64,000 nt of DNA from NCBI GenBank assembly GCA_012295275.1, contig CM022668.1, positions 2,914,001 to 2,978,000 on the forward strand, in the 5' to 3' direction. The position numbers and the translations under genes were made by a program. Below the pieces are notes generated by a model that saw nothing but the letters and a program-made list of their open reading frames with translations, did not search any database and was not told the DNA's origin. Positions 1 to 14,869 of the stretch are shown piece by piece. Each line of letters begins with the position of its first letter. Positions within the stretch are counted from its first letter, which is position 1. The DNA is from Chrysomallon squamiferum. Its lineage: Eukaryota; Animalia; Mollusca.

Positions 1-794
1 CATTCAGGTGCATGATATAAATTGATATATCATGATGGAGGTGTAGAAAACGTCAGTGGAATAAAAGCTTGGTCTCATTATTTCAAATTAATAACAACGA
101 GATAAAGGAAAATAAACTGAATTAACTATTCTCTTATCTGACAACATTCCTGAGAACATGCCAAACCTCAGAGAGAGGCAAGGATCGTTTTAGGAAAGAA
201 AAAGTAAAATAGGATAAAAAGGTAAAACAGGATTTTTGAAAAAAGAATAATACATTAATAATTCCAGAATTTGTATTGTTGTAATAGTAGAAATGTAGAA
301 GTTGTTGTAATGGTAGAAGTAGTAGTGATAAAAGGGATATTAATAAAGAAATTATAATAGTAGTAAAAGTGGTAGTGGTAATAGTAGTAGTAGTAGTAGT
401 AGTAGCAGCAGCAGTAGAGGCAGTGGTAAATATTTCTCATTTAAACTAAATTCGTATCTTATATTATGTTTTTAATGAATAGAGATTAAAGTAAAAAAAA
501 ATAATAGTAATAATAAAAATAAACATTAATAAAATTCAAATAAAATTCAAATTAAAACAAATTTGAAAATTAAATAAAAAAGCTCTTTTTAAAACAATTT
601 CTTTTCTTGAAGAAATAAAATCTAATTTTATAGAACATTTAAAATAAAGTTAGTTCCAAATTCACTTGACGTTCATTGACACAAAACAAAGACCGAAGAA
701 CAGAAAGTAGTATTTAAACAAACATAGAAAACCATCTTATATCAAATTAACTGAAAACAAAGATAGAGAAATAGAAAATATCTTTAAAAACAAC

Positions 795-833
<39 letters not shown>

Positions 834-1908
834 ATAAAAGAAACAAAAGAAACCAAAAAAAAGAAGAAAGAATGAAAAGAAAAAAGAGAAGGAAAGAAAA
901 GAAATGAAAACTGGAAATGTTTGTTTTTTTCCAGTATTAGATGTAAGTGTCAAATATTTCAGTAATTAGTTGTAGACTCAGTTTTCAAAAACACCACGTT
1001 CCATGAAATCAAAACAACACCAAAACTTTCACCTTGCTTCAAGTAAACATCACATATAATATTTGTGTGTTAGACTTTAATTTTATCTGTGTGTGTCTGT
1101 GTGTGTGTGTGTATGTGTGTGTAAGTGTGTGTGTGAGTGTATGTGTGAGTGTGTGTGAGGGATCATTGTATATGAATATGTAAGTATATATGTTTCTATG
1201 TATGTATATAAGTCTATATGCATCTATACAGGTATGTATGTATGTATGTACATAGGTATATATGTTTGTATGTATAAATGCATCTGTATTCATTTTAAAT
1301 AGTCACTGTTTATTTTTTTAGTCATAACCAAAAAATATTTATACATTACACACACATACACGTCAACATACACAAATATACACACATTCACGTATTCACA
1401 CATACACACACACATACACACACCATGTATTTGATTTATTGTCTGCAAAAATATTCATCAAACTATACACTTGATTCATACACCCATAGCCCCCCCACAG
1501 ACACAGACACACACACACACACACCTACACACAAACATATTCCCTCATTCACTCTCTCTCACACTCACACACACATACCTACACACACACACTCACACAC
1601 ACACACACAGACACTCAAACACACACACTCACACACACTCAAACACACACACACACTCACACACACTCAAACACACACACACACTCAAACACAAACACAC
1701 ACTCACACACTCAAACACACACACACACACACTCACACACACACACTGCACTATTAATACTGTCTGCTGTGAGAAGCTTTGGCTGTTGTTACAAAACACA
1801 GACTGTGTGTTTATGATTGCATTAGACAAGGTAATGCCAAGGGTCAGGTGAGACAGGTAAACAACAGGTAGAGTTTCACAACACCTGAACATTTTTACCT
1901 GTACTTAC

Positions 1909-1972
1909 CTGACTTCAGATATTTCGTAATCACCTGTGTTTCTGTGTATGATAAAACAAAGGAAATTTACAA
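1909..1972 (-). CDS. Candidate small internal exon (64 nt, or 33 nt with the alternative acceptor at 1941)
   Basis: Acceptor (U-rich tract)ctgcag| at 1973 and donor CAG|gtaagt at 1908. Only the phase-1 frame, which matches exon 1, is open: (V)VNFLCFIIHRNTGDYEISEV. The alternative acceptor tttatcatacacag| gives a symmetric 33-nt exon, (E)TQVITKYLKS. Neither peptide is recognisable, and the region is also a CAGGTR motif cluster. Confidence 0.2.
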
Positions 1973-2210
1973 CTGCAGAAAAAAAAGAAAAATATTACTT
2001 AATGACATTTTTAATCTGCAGTTATATATGATGTACTCATAGTCAAGTACAGTAACAAGAGAAGAAACCAGATGTTGCTCCATGGGTTACTCTTTTTTCA
2101 GTTAGCAGTACGATATCTCATTCAAGCACCTTCCCAGTAACAGCAAAACATTATTTTAATAAACCAGTCTTTGTTACTAATACAATTATTTCTACAACAA
2201 AACAACAACA

Positions 2211-2248
<38 letters not shown>

Positions 2249-3524
2249 TACCACTACAACTATTTTTACTATTATTACTACTACTACTGATATTGTTACT
2301 ATTCCAACTAAAATTAGAACAGCAGCTACTAATATTAATGCTACAATTATATCTTACAACCACAACAACTACAACAACAACAACAAAAACACAATCACTA
2401 CTATTGCTATCACCTCGTTTAACATTTTGTATTTTAAATCAGAAGTTTTTACGTGGAAAACTGTTTTATCAATATGATTAATAGGTAGTCCAGAACTTTT
2501 TCTTTCTTTCAAATTTCTTTCTTTTTTTCCTTTTTTGTTTTTTAAAACAAATTGTTTAAGTTATTAACTTCTAGTAAAAAAAAATAAAAAAAAATACATG
2601 TTGTCTATCAGATACAGGTGTTGTGACAAGATGGATGATCACAGAAGAGTAATGTGGCATTGTGGGAAGGGATAATTAATTACAATCTGCAGACAGGGAA
2701 ACAGTATTTTCAAATCTGAAAAAAACAAAATGGAGGCAACAAGTCCTTGAGGGGAAAAACTGAAACAATACAACTTAAAAAAAAAAAAAAAAAAAAGAAA
2801 AAAAAGTTTAATATAATTATCAAAATTGTAGAATGAATGATAACCAGCTTGAGGGGGCAATGTCAGATGAAGAGAAATTAGATGAAAATTTAGACTAAAA
2901 TTGATGAAACTTGATGATGAGACAGATGATACTGAAAATCAGCCACGTAGGTTGTTCCTTTCTGAGTGACAGTTAAATTATTTCCCAGCTAGGATACACG
3001 CAGGTTGTTCTTTTTTTCTGTGAGTGACAGGTAAATTGTTTTCAGTGAGTAATTATTTCAACATGTTTTTCTTCAGACTAATTCCTTACCGCAGACAGTT
3101 CATCTTTCATCTCTGTGACACTTTTTCTTTTTTTTACTTTTATACGTAAATCTGCTAAAAAAATGTGTTTATCATGAATCTAAAAATTCATGTTTTTGTG
3201 TGTATGTGTGTGAAAGTTTATGTACAAATATGTGTACATATGTGTGTGTGTGTGTTTGTGTGTTTGTGTATGTTTTTATGTGAATGTTTGTATGTATATA
3301 TCTATATATTTATATATGTATATACCTAGGCATGTATGTTTGTATGAATGTGTATGTATGTGTGTGTGTTTATGAATATGTATGTATGTATATATGTATG
3401 TAATAGTATGCCAAGGTATACTTGTATATTTCTGTTCATATGTGCATATCCATACATTAATATAAAATATATTACATGAAGAATATATATATTTTCATAC
3501 CACACACACAAACACACACTCACA

Positions 3525-3627
<103 letters not shown>

Positions 3628-6007
3628 ACAAAACAGTCACAGACACTTCTATAATATTTTCTATACCTCATCTTTATTTACCAGTAAGCAATCAACTAGG
3701 TTTTTTTTTTTTTCTCTCAATATAATCTGATTATTCTTGTGCTTTGTAACTGGGTTAAATTTTTCTATTATGATTTACAGACAATGGTTCCCTGCAAGAC
3801 ATGCAAATCGTTTTAAAATGAGGAAGCTTTTAGAAGAGCAGAAACCTTCGATCAAAGCTCTGACAAAAGACTCAATTACCCATGCAGGGAGGTGTGCACT
3901 ATATGGTGCTTGTTGTCAGGAAAGCGTTATCTGCATGGGAATTACAAAATGTCTGCCAGCGCTGAAGTGAAAGGAATATTTATATAGCTCTTCTTCTTTT
4001 TATTATTATTATTATTATTATTATCTTTTTTTTATCTTTTTTTTTTTATATTGCGTGTTTAAATTTATTGAAAGATCGAATTTGGATTTTTTTTTTTTTT
4101 TTAATGATTATTAAATGGGTAAAAGTGTTTTGATATTTGAATTTATTTAAAGTAGTGTATCTTTAGAAAAAATATTTATTGTTATTTTTATTATTATTAC
4201 TATCATTATTATTATTACTGCTATTATTATTATTATTACTGCTATTATTACTATTATTATTATTATTATTAAATGTACATATTAGTATAGCAGTCTTTTT
4301 ATTTTATTTTTAGGCTGAATTTTGCAAGCATGACTAACTTTCAAAGTAAAAAATGAATCAGAGAGAAAGAGAGTGAGAGACACTGAGAAAATAACAGATA
4401 CAAAAAAAATAAATAATAATAATAAAAAGAACTAAATCAAAAATAAAAATATTAATAGACAAAATTGTAGATAAACTTTTTTTTTTGTCTGGTCAATATG
4501 CTTCTAGTTTTTCTCCAATCATACACACAAACACAAACACAGAAGTTACACACATTTTAAACATGTCTGTTATTTAACTTATGCTGTACTGGGAGATACT
4601 GATATATATATCACATCTACAATTTAGTATATATTAACACTCACACATGTGTTATACAAATCATAGTCACCAGCTAGAAGTGAAATACTGACTTTATATT
4701 ACACCTTCGATGATAGAAAATAACCATTTCAGCATATTTGAGTTTCATTTCATGTTTCAGAGACAGCAGAAATAAATATGAAATACATGAACAACTAACT
4801 GAACAGTTAAAACTAAAAAAAGATATATATTTTTCAAATATCATCTAATTATTATGATTTTTAAAACATTGCTGATGACTCAGTGGTTACAGACAAATAA
4901 AAAAAAGTATCTATATTCAGTTAATTTGTTTTAATGGTTCTGATATTCACATAATTTCATATTTAAAAATCTGTTACCAAAGTTAATGTGTTTGCTTTAA
5001 AAATCTACTGTTGTTCATGTTTAAATATGATTAGAATTTGCATCTAAAATTATACTGTAGATTACATTCTCTGTTTTATTTATATCTACTATAAACATTT
5101 CCAAAATGTTCCATTACAAAAGTGTATTGGTGTAAGTTCGTATTTTCCATCTTAAGTTTTACTAACCTAAAATGTCAAACTGAAAATACACTTTTATTAT
5201 TAACTAATGTTTTCCTTTTTTAATGTTGACTATCCTACACTATTCCCCATCTGAAAACATTTTGTTAATATTCCTCATTTGAATACGCCAGTTAACATTT
5301 CCCATTTAAACAGTTATTGTCGTTTACTGTCTTCCATTTTAAAGTTAACTGTCATTTAACAATTCTCATTTGAATCGTTACTTTTTTTTCCATTTTAAAC
5401 ATGACAGTCAAAATTTCCCATTTCAAAGTTTTTTGACTGTTGGTAATTTACAACAATTTGAACAAAAATCGTCTTCATATTTAAAAATGTTTTGTGCAAA
5501 CATCTTTCACTGTTTAATAAAATCTATACTGAATTACTCTGCACTGCTATAAAAGTGAAACCTTCACCAGACAGGTTAATACGAGAGATATACAACAGCA
5601 GGCAGGAACATAAACAACTCAAAGAATAGTCAACTTCAGAGTCGCAAATAAATCAATATTAAATGTGTTAACATGTGTTTACATTTTTATTTTACAGTTC
5701 AGTTTATGTGTATTCATTTGATAGCTCATTTTAATGTATCGTTTTAATGTATGGGGGGGGCATTTATTTTAACAGTTTTTGTTTCATATTTACATTTTAA
5801 ATGTAATATATGTAAATGCAATATATTTAAATGTAATATAATGTAAATGCAATGTATGTAAATGTAAGCTATTTAAATGTAATGTATGTAAATGGAATAT
5901 TTATGTAAATGTAACATGTAGTTTGTTATAAAATAAATTGTTTATTCTCGTGGTAAAATATAGAAAGGCGCACAGACACACAGCAAGACAGAAAGACTGA
6001 CAGAGGA

Positions 6008-6084
<77 letters not shown>

Positions 6085-7080
6085 AGGACAAAGGAAGAAA
6101 GAAATAATAGGAGAGAAACCGAGAGAGATAGAAATGGAGAGACAGTGAGGGAGGGGGAGAGGGAAGGGGGATAAGTGGAGGAGGAGGAGGAGGAGAAAGA
6201 CAAACCACACATCACACTGAAGATAATTCACTCAGCAGTAAAAAAAAAAAAAAAAAAAAATGTAAAAAAAAAAACACCACAAGACACACCGACATTCAGA
6301 CAGACAGACGCGAAGATAAAACACCTTTAATGTGTTACGAAGACGTCTCCCTCGAATTCAAACACACATCCACAGCCATCATCCCAGTACAATGCAGAGA
6401 TAAACAGTTCTTCTGGTACACGTTTAATAACTTTCCTATTTCCTCAAGTGCACATTTTAATAACTTTTTTCCCAATCTTTTTTTTTTTTTTTTTTTTTTT
6501 TCTTCACTTCATTCTCTGCTATCGGGCCTGCAAGACACTGCACTTGAGAAGTACAGGAGGAGATGTTTAAATTCTCGCACATTATCAGGCAAATTAAAGA
6601 CTTGTAGCTTTGCCTCTGATCTCTCTGGATCAGGCTTCATGAAGCAAGACGCAGAAACACTTGATGACTTCCCCGGTATGAGGATTTGTTACTGCACAGA
6701 GGTGAATAATTCCAGTGTGATATATATGTTAATATTACACACTCTTATTGAGATATATATATATATGTTAATATTACACACTGCTATTAATTTGTCCTGC
6801 TGTTATTGATATCAGTTTAATTGACAGTGTATGTATGTGTGTGTTTGTTTATGTGTGTGTTTGTATGTATAGGTATACAGAGGATTAGCATCTTATCCAA
6901 ACATCCATCCATCCATTCATCTTTCTGTTTACATACATATCTACTATATCTACTATATATATATATATACATATGTAATTCTCTCTCATATATATATCTA
7001 TAAAATTCTCTTTCTCTCCCATATATATATAAATATATATGTAATTCTTTCTCTCATATATATATAATTCATTCTCTCTC

Positions 7081-7115
<35 letters not shown>

Positions 7116-7381
7116 GTCTGTCTGTCTGTCTGTCTCTCTGTATATATATATAAATAAATCTCTGCTTTCGCCTACCTCTCAGAACGCACGCACAACCTCC
7201 TGACACAGTTTCACAGTAACCCCCCCCACACACACACACAGAGAGACGATGTTTCACTGAGTGGTTGCACTGCTGCAGTCTCTGCCCCTTTAAGTGACGT
7301 GGCAGCTGTTGTAGTCGGAGGTGAGAGAGATGTAGCAGGAAGCTGCAAGCCAGATCCAATTTACTGCCAGCTTCTAACATG

Positions 7382-7422
7382 CACACACAGATACACACAC
7401 ACACACAGACACACACACACAG

Positions 7423-7486
<64 letters not shown>

Positions 7487-7572
7487 TCTCACACACACAC
7501 AGACACACACACACACACACACAGACACACACACACACACACACACAGACATACACACACACACACACACAG

Positions 7573-7671
<99 letters not shown>

Positions 7672-7800
7672 TACACACACACACAGACACACACTCACAC
7701 ACACACACAGACACTCTCACACACACACAGACACACACACACACACAGTCACACAGACACACACAGACACACACACACATACACACACACAGACACACAC
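7382..7800. repeat. Compound (CA)n microsatellite, ~420 bp
   Basis: Interrupted (CA)n with gaca/cata/ctct variants. It is the source of the HT/CV-repeat ORFs. Similar tracts lie at 1500-1745, 3500-3630, 29000-29272, 33390-33630 and 48217-48430. Confidence 0.95.
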
Positions 7801-8165
7801 CAGAGTCTGCACTCATCTAACAGGTCACTTTACTAACAGGTCATTTTACTAACAGGTCACTTTAATGTGTAAAGAACTGATTTATTGAAATATGCTTGTA
7901 TAGATCATTTTATTAATAGGTCATTTTAATGTATCAAGTATTGTTATTGAAATAAGATGGAATAGGTCACTGAAATATATTGGAATAGGTCGCTTTTATG
8001 TATGAAATACTGTTTTTGGAATATTTTGGATCAGATCATTGGCATATATTGAAACAAAATGTTTCACCTGTTTATTTATTTTTTATTCTTTTTTTTTTTT
8101 GTTAATGATAGTTTTATTTATAATTTATAACTTTTGCTTCTTTCTTTGTTATGATTATAAAAAGA

Positions 8166-8201
<36 letters not shown>

Positions 8202-8882
8202 AATTATCATCATCATCATCATCCCCATCATCATTATTATTCTTTCTTTTTTATTTTCTTCTTCTTCTTCTTCTTCTTCTTATTATTATTCTCTTTCAAT
8301 CTTTTTATTTTCTTCTTCTTATTATTATTACTTTTCTCAAATCTCACAACTGTTTTACTTTTACTTATTTTACATTTTATTTTTTAATTTTATTTTTTTA
8401 CCTCTGTCTCTCACCCCACAGGTACACCAAACTTCGGTTGCAGACTGTGAAGTTACACCAAACTTCGCTTGCAGACTGAAGTTACTGATACTCAGGTTTA
8501 CTATCTGGCCACAAAGATATATCTCAAAATGATTTGTAGCAAATTTTCTTTCAATCAGAAACCTGCAATCTCTCTAACTACATGACGTCTCTATAATTGC
8601 ACTGGTACTTATCTGGTGAGATAGGGATCTCAGCAATTGCTGGGTAGAAAGACAAAATACCAGTCTAGCGGGATCACACCACAGTTTTTTTTTGTTTTTT
8701 TTCTTTCTGATTATTTTTTAAAAATTTGTTTTGCCATTTCAAGAGTTTAAAGGTAGGTGCTATTAGTTGTAATAATAAAATATAATAAATAATAAAATAA
8801 ATATTATAATATAATAAAAAAAATTAAAATAAATAAAATAATAAAATAAAATAAAATAAAATAAAATAAATAAATAAACATA

Positions 8883-8925
<43 letters not shown>

Positions 8926-9391
8926 AATAAAATAAAATAAAATAAAATAAAATAAAATAAAATAAAATGTAATAAAATAAATAAACATATAAATAAATAA
9001 ATAAATAAAAACAACTTTAAAAAACCCAAACATTTTAGTTCATATAGTTCAGCAACGTTCTTTTACAGAAAGAAATTTTCTATTTTAATTTAATTTTTCA
9101 GTCTCTGTAGTTTTCTTTCCCACACACAAAAAACGTGAAATTTTAAGGATTTTAATTAATGATTTTCTCTTCTTTTTTTTGATTTTTATTTCACTTGACA
9201 CTTCATCTAATGTGACACAGAAATAAAACTGAAACCTTCAAAACACTGTAATTTACTAGAGAAAAAAAACAAGTCTTCTTAAGGAAGTGAAAGGAAATAT
9301 TTGTAATTAATATGATCAGTAATATAGAAAATAGTTTTTAATTTTGATTTTGATTGATTTTCTTCTTCTTTTCCCTTTTTTCTTATAGTGG

Positions 9392-9422
<31 letters not shown>

Positions 9423-12400
9423 TAAATTTATTATCTACATAACTGATACAAAATCAGTTGTATAGAAAATATGAACCCAAAATGTAATTCAATGGTTTAC
9501 GAGGCATGGAAAATAGATTTTGTGTTTTTGAGTTTATCTATCTATCTGTCTGTCTCTTTATCTATCTGTCTATCTCTCTATCTATCTATCTATCTATCTG
9601 TCTGTCTGTCTGTCTGTCTGTCTACCTGTCTATCTGTCTGTCTGTATGTCTGTCTGTCTATCTATCTATCTATCTGTCCGTCTGTCTGTCTGTACAAATG
9701 ACACAAACACACCCCTACGTATTAACAGACACTGTCCCACTTTCACTTTTTTTCTTGGAAACATTTTTTTCCAAGAAAAGATTCACGTTTCAGATAGAAT
9801 TTCCAGGAATTAGTTACTGTTTAGATTACACGATTAACCTGTCACTGTGTCTTCTTATCTTTTTCTCTTTCTCAGCCTCTTTTTTTACCCTCACTTTTAT
9901 CTTCTGTGGCTTTTATTTCTTCCTTGTTTAACATCACCAGCCTGAATCCCTTTTTTTTCCACGTTCTCTTTGCCTTGTTACTGAATCCCTTTTGTTTGTG
10001 TTGTTATTTTTCTGTTATCTGTCTCACCATTTAACTCGATTCGTTTTATTGTCACATTATCTATCTGCCTCCTTATCTACTCCAGAATTTCAGGTTTTTC
10101 TGCCTCAATGTTGAAATCCTTATTTTCACATTCTCTGCCTCATTATTATTATCACCGAATCCCTTTAATTTCATGTTTTGTGCCTCATTTATATATTTTC
10201 TTCATTTTACAAAATTTGCTTCAGTTTTCCAATCCTCAACTTCACCACCATTCTTTCTTATTTTCCACTCTCTTAACTTTATGTCTTTCACTTTGATCCT
10301 TAACCTTGACTTAATTCTTGCCTGCCACGGTTGATTGCATGTTCCTTTCATTATTTTCTTTCTCTCCTCTCTCTCCCTCTTCCTAATTTGTAAGCAGCAT
10401 TTTCGTGACAGACAAATTGTCTGAGACGAGTTCCGTGGAACGGTGAAAACACTGGAATTGCTTTAACAACAGTGCCAAGAACAGGTGGGCAAATTTAGTA
10501 CGAAATTAACTTACTGTAATGGCAGATTATGGAGGAATTTGAGGGGGAGGACTTTGAGGGGGAGGAGGGGTTGACTGCAGTTGTTGTTGCTGTTGTTGTT
10601 GTAATAGCAGATGTAAGAGGGGTGATTGTATTTAAAAAGAGACCTGATGGTTGTGTTGTTGTTGTTGTTGTTGTTGTTTTAGAGGTAGTATGAGTGGAGT
10701 GTGTCTGTATGTGTGTGTGTCTGTGTCTGTGTAATGTGTCTGTGTATTATGTGTGTGTATGTGCTTTAAAACAAAAAAAACAAACAAAAACATCACTTTT
10801 ACAGCACTTTAAAAAAAAGGAAAACATTAATCCATTTTGTGTGAAATATCAATATTTGGACTGGATTTTATCTAAACACTTTGTATCTCTTTTATCTGAA
10901 ATATTTATATGTCTGTCTGTCTGTTTGTCTGTCAGGCTGATAATGTGCTTATCTCCTGATGGATATCTTGTTTCACTGACTCTTCCCTTCATCTCACTTA
11001 GATTTAAATAAAACGAACACAAAGAATTTAAAGTCGCAGTGATGAATTTTGTGGTTTTTGTAATAAACGGAATCTTGAAAACAAATCATTATGAAATATT
11101 TTATAAATAATAATAAATGTTATTTCAAAGATATCTTTTTTTTTTCAGAAATAATTTGTCTTGTTTTGAGATACGTTCTAAAACATTCCTGATAAAAATG
11201 GACACAATTTATCTCAAAACCAAGACGTTTTAACGTCAAGAATTAATCAGAGTTGTCTGCCTCTTATGAATTATCTCCCCTTATGATGACACATGCAGAA
11301 CAGATACTTCAGACAGCAACTGAGATTAGAACTGTTTCTGTCTATTAACGATGCTTTGATGTCATGGAAACAAGGTTGATGTATTCGTGCTGCCACTGGG
11401 AAGGTAGCTGTGAATTGTCAAGTCCAGTTTGAAATAAATTTCACTGTCAGTGGATTTTGTTGAACACATTTGAAACAGATTGTTTGTTTGAAATAAAATG
11501 TTGTTTGGACTTGTTATAGTCTTTGTTTTTTAATGGTTTTTATCTAAGCTATGGTTGATAAAATGAAATTTAAAAAAAGGAATAGGGAAAATAGTGATAA
11601 AGTCCAAATGTGAATGTATAAATGTAAAATGTAAAATCATTTGTGAAGATAAAAAAATATTAATAGTGTTTGCATGTTTGTGTGTGTGTGTGTGAGTGTG
11701 TGTGTGTGTGTGAGTGTGAGTGTGTGTATATATGTTTGTGGGTGTGTGTATGTGTTTGTGTGTGTGTGTGTTTGTCTGTGTGTGTGTGGATGTGAATGTT
11801 TTGTGATGTCTGGGTGGTGGTTGTTGTAGTTGTAGTTGTAGTTGTAGTTGTTGTATGTATGTATGTGCTTGCCAAAAAAGATAGAATTAGAATTATAATG
11901 ACTGCTAGAAAGACAGAGAAACAGAGAGACGTAGAGAGACAGTGAGTGAAAGAAAAGAGAGATTTAGACAGAGTATGCCAAGAACAGAGGAATGAAAAGT
12001 GTGTATGTGTGTGTGTGTGTGTTTTTTGTGCAGACACTGAGAGAAAAACACTGGCACTACTAGAGATAGACAGAAACAAAAATTTGAGAATGAAAGAAAG
12101 AATGAAAAAAGAATGAAAAATAATGGACCAGGAAAGAAAGAGTGGGAAAAAGTAAATGTGTGAGAGAGAATGAAGAAAGAATGAAAGATGAAGGCAGCAT
12201 GAAAGAGAGAATGAGAAATTACAAAGAGGTAATGAAGGACTGAAAAAGAGAAATAAAGACAGAAAGAAAGAAAGAAACAGCTGAGGAAATGAGTAAAGAC
12301 TATGACAAAGCTTGTAAATTTAGCTGTTTTAAAACACACACAAAATCATACATCTGTCCATCTGACATTTTCTGTTTTTCATTCATTTCAATACTTCAGA

Positions 12401-12654
12401 AATATAAACCCATTCATCATCATCTTAATCATTATCCATTCATCATCTCACTTGCTCAGTCCATCATCATCAATATTCGTTCATATACAAACGTCTCTAT
12501 TCAGTACGAGTAAGTTTATTCATTCAGACAGCCATATTGTTCTGTAAGATGATTCAAACTAATGTTTGTTTGATTAAATATTTCACTGACATTTTCATCT
12601 TGTCTGTTCATCTATCTCTCTGTTTGTACTGCATGGAATTACTTTTTTAATTAA

Positions 12655-12710
<56 letters not shown>

Positions 12711-12731
12711 AATAAAAATAATAAAAAAAAA

Positions 12732-12771
<40 letters not shown>

Positions 12772-14083
12772 CACAATAACAGTAATAAAATAATAATAGA
12801 AACAACAATAATGATGATGATAATGATAAGGATTAAAATGATAATAATGATAACAATATTAATAGTGGTGGTAGTAGTAGTAGTAATAATCATTATTATC
12901 TAAATTATGTTAAATAAAATTAAGAATTTGGTTCTAGTTTAAATATATTAAAAAATTCATTCATTTAGCTTTCATTTATCTGTATTTATATATTCATTTA
13001 TTTATTTATTTATTGTTGCTGCCATTTAGGAAATTAGAAACAGTTAACTTTCTGGTAAATTAAACTCCATATTAATTAAAATCAATAATAATGAAAATCT
13101 TTTTTTTTTTAAATCTACGACAATTAAAAAACATTAATTAAATTACACAGTACTTAAGATTTTTTCTGATTAAACTGTAATATTTAAAATTCATACTACT
13201 GTTTAAAAAAATTGATCTTGTTTTAAATCTATATTAATTAAACTCTGCAATAAGCAGAATCCCAGGGTTGGGGGGGGGGAAATATAGAGCCTGTTGAGAT
13301 TATTTCAAACTGTATCTGATTTAACACCTCAGCTAATTAAACCAAACTCTGCAACAGACAAAATCTCGGAGACAGCAGCAGGAAAAGGAAAAAAAAAAAA
13401 AAAATATCTTTAGTAACTAAAATCATCAATAATGAAAATCAGCGGAGATTTGCACTTAGCAAGTTCTTTGAATCGCGTAATGGAAAAAGTAATTTTCGGG
13501 TTTACACAACGAAACGGCGCGAAAATTCGGTTTCAATAACAGCGGCATTAAAATTAGATCATCTCAGCAAATCTGCTCAGCGCAGCCGCGCAGTGAACAT
13601 CGTCGCGAGTGATTGGGGCCAAAGTCGTCTTCAAACAAAAGCAGAAATCCTCCAGTGCAGTTTCACCACTGTACAGCAAACAGACCAATTAGGAGAAGAA
13701 GAAAAACAAAAAAGGCTGAACGAGTCTTGAGGGTGTTTCACTCTCTGAGAGCAATTTCCAGACTGCAGTGGATGAAGCATCTCTAGCCAAACTGACCAGC
13801 GGTCACTTGAAAAAACCACTTACATCCCAGCCTCAGTGGTCCTAGAAAACTCTTCATCAAGTGATTGATGACAACAGAAACCTCCTTTGCCAGCTGACCA
13901 CTCGTAACACAAAAACTGACCAGAGTCAGTCATACTGACCACTGGTCATTTGTGAAATTTCTACGAGTGACCGCGTAGTCTCTTGACCTCCCCTCATTCA
14001 GCCGGAGTCCAGTTAGAATTAACTGTCACGGTTGACTGGTTTGAAGATGACCGCGGGGATGGTCATTAGTTTGGCGAGGAAAC

Positions 14084-14560
14084 AAGTGTGGTCTCAATCA
14101 ACACTTTTATTTTCCCTGTTACTCGGCTGATAATACATAAAATATGACTTGTCACTGTCTCAAGTGCAACAAACACTTGCAATTTATTTCCACAGATAAT
14201 TGGTGTGGCCTAAATTCTTCATCAAACAGACGATATTTAAAAAAAAAAACTAAAGTGGTCTCAATAAACACTTATTTTTACTGAATCTCTGAATGGTAAT
14301 AAACAATACATGATTTATATTTATTGCAGCTGGAACTGAGCAATCAGCAATTTGTTTTCTGTGCTTCGTTTGTGTGATCTGAATGTTTGTTCTTCCATTA
14401 GACTGGGTCTCAATCAACACTTTTATTTACTCTAGTTTTGGAACTGGCTAATAAATAATTATAATAAGCAATTTATTTTATATCCCTAATTCCTGTCACA
14501 TATACATAGATGATAGAAAAGTAAGTGTAGTCTCAAATAACTTTTCTTTTGTGAAAATGT
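14084..14560. repeat. Degenerate tandem repeat, 120-170-bp period, 4 copies
   Basis: Core gtggtctcaat(c/a)aacactt(t)tattt near 14084, 14253, 14403 and 14523. The sequence following each core is also weakly similar. Confidence 0.7.
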
Positions 14561-14679
14561 GATAATGAAGATTGCATACGTGTGGCTTTTATACAAAGTG
14601 TTATGTAATATATGATCTAAGTAATTACCTACTTGATAAATATGCTAATTTGGATGTAAGACAGTAATACTCTCTTTGT

Positions 14680-14869
<190 letters not shown>

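Noticed and set aside
8405-8500. Plus-strand exon after ctctcaccccacag|
   Set aside because: It consists mainly of a ~31-bp tandem duplication (acaccaaacttcg-ttgcagactg), has a weak donor, and has no supporting neighbours.
14084-14560. CRISPR-like array (conserved ~28-bp core with long spacers); the 20.1-20.6 kb and 47.2 kb repeats were also considered
   Set aside because: The context is eukaryotic, no cas genes are present, spacers are similar to each other and uneven in length, and the cores are degenerate. These are ordinary minisatellites.
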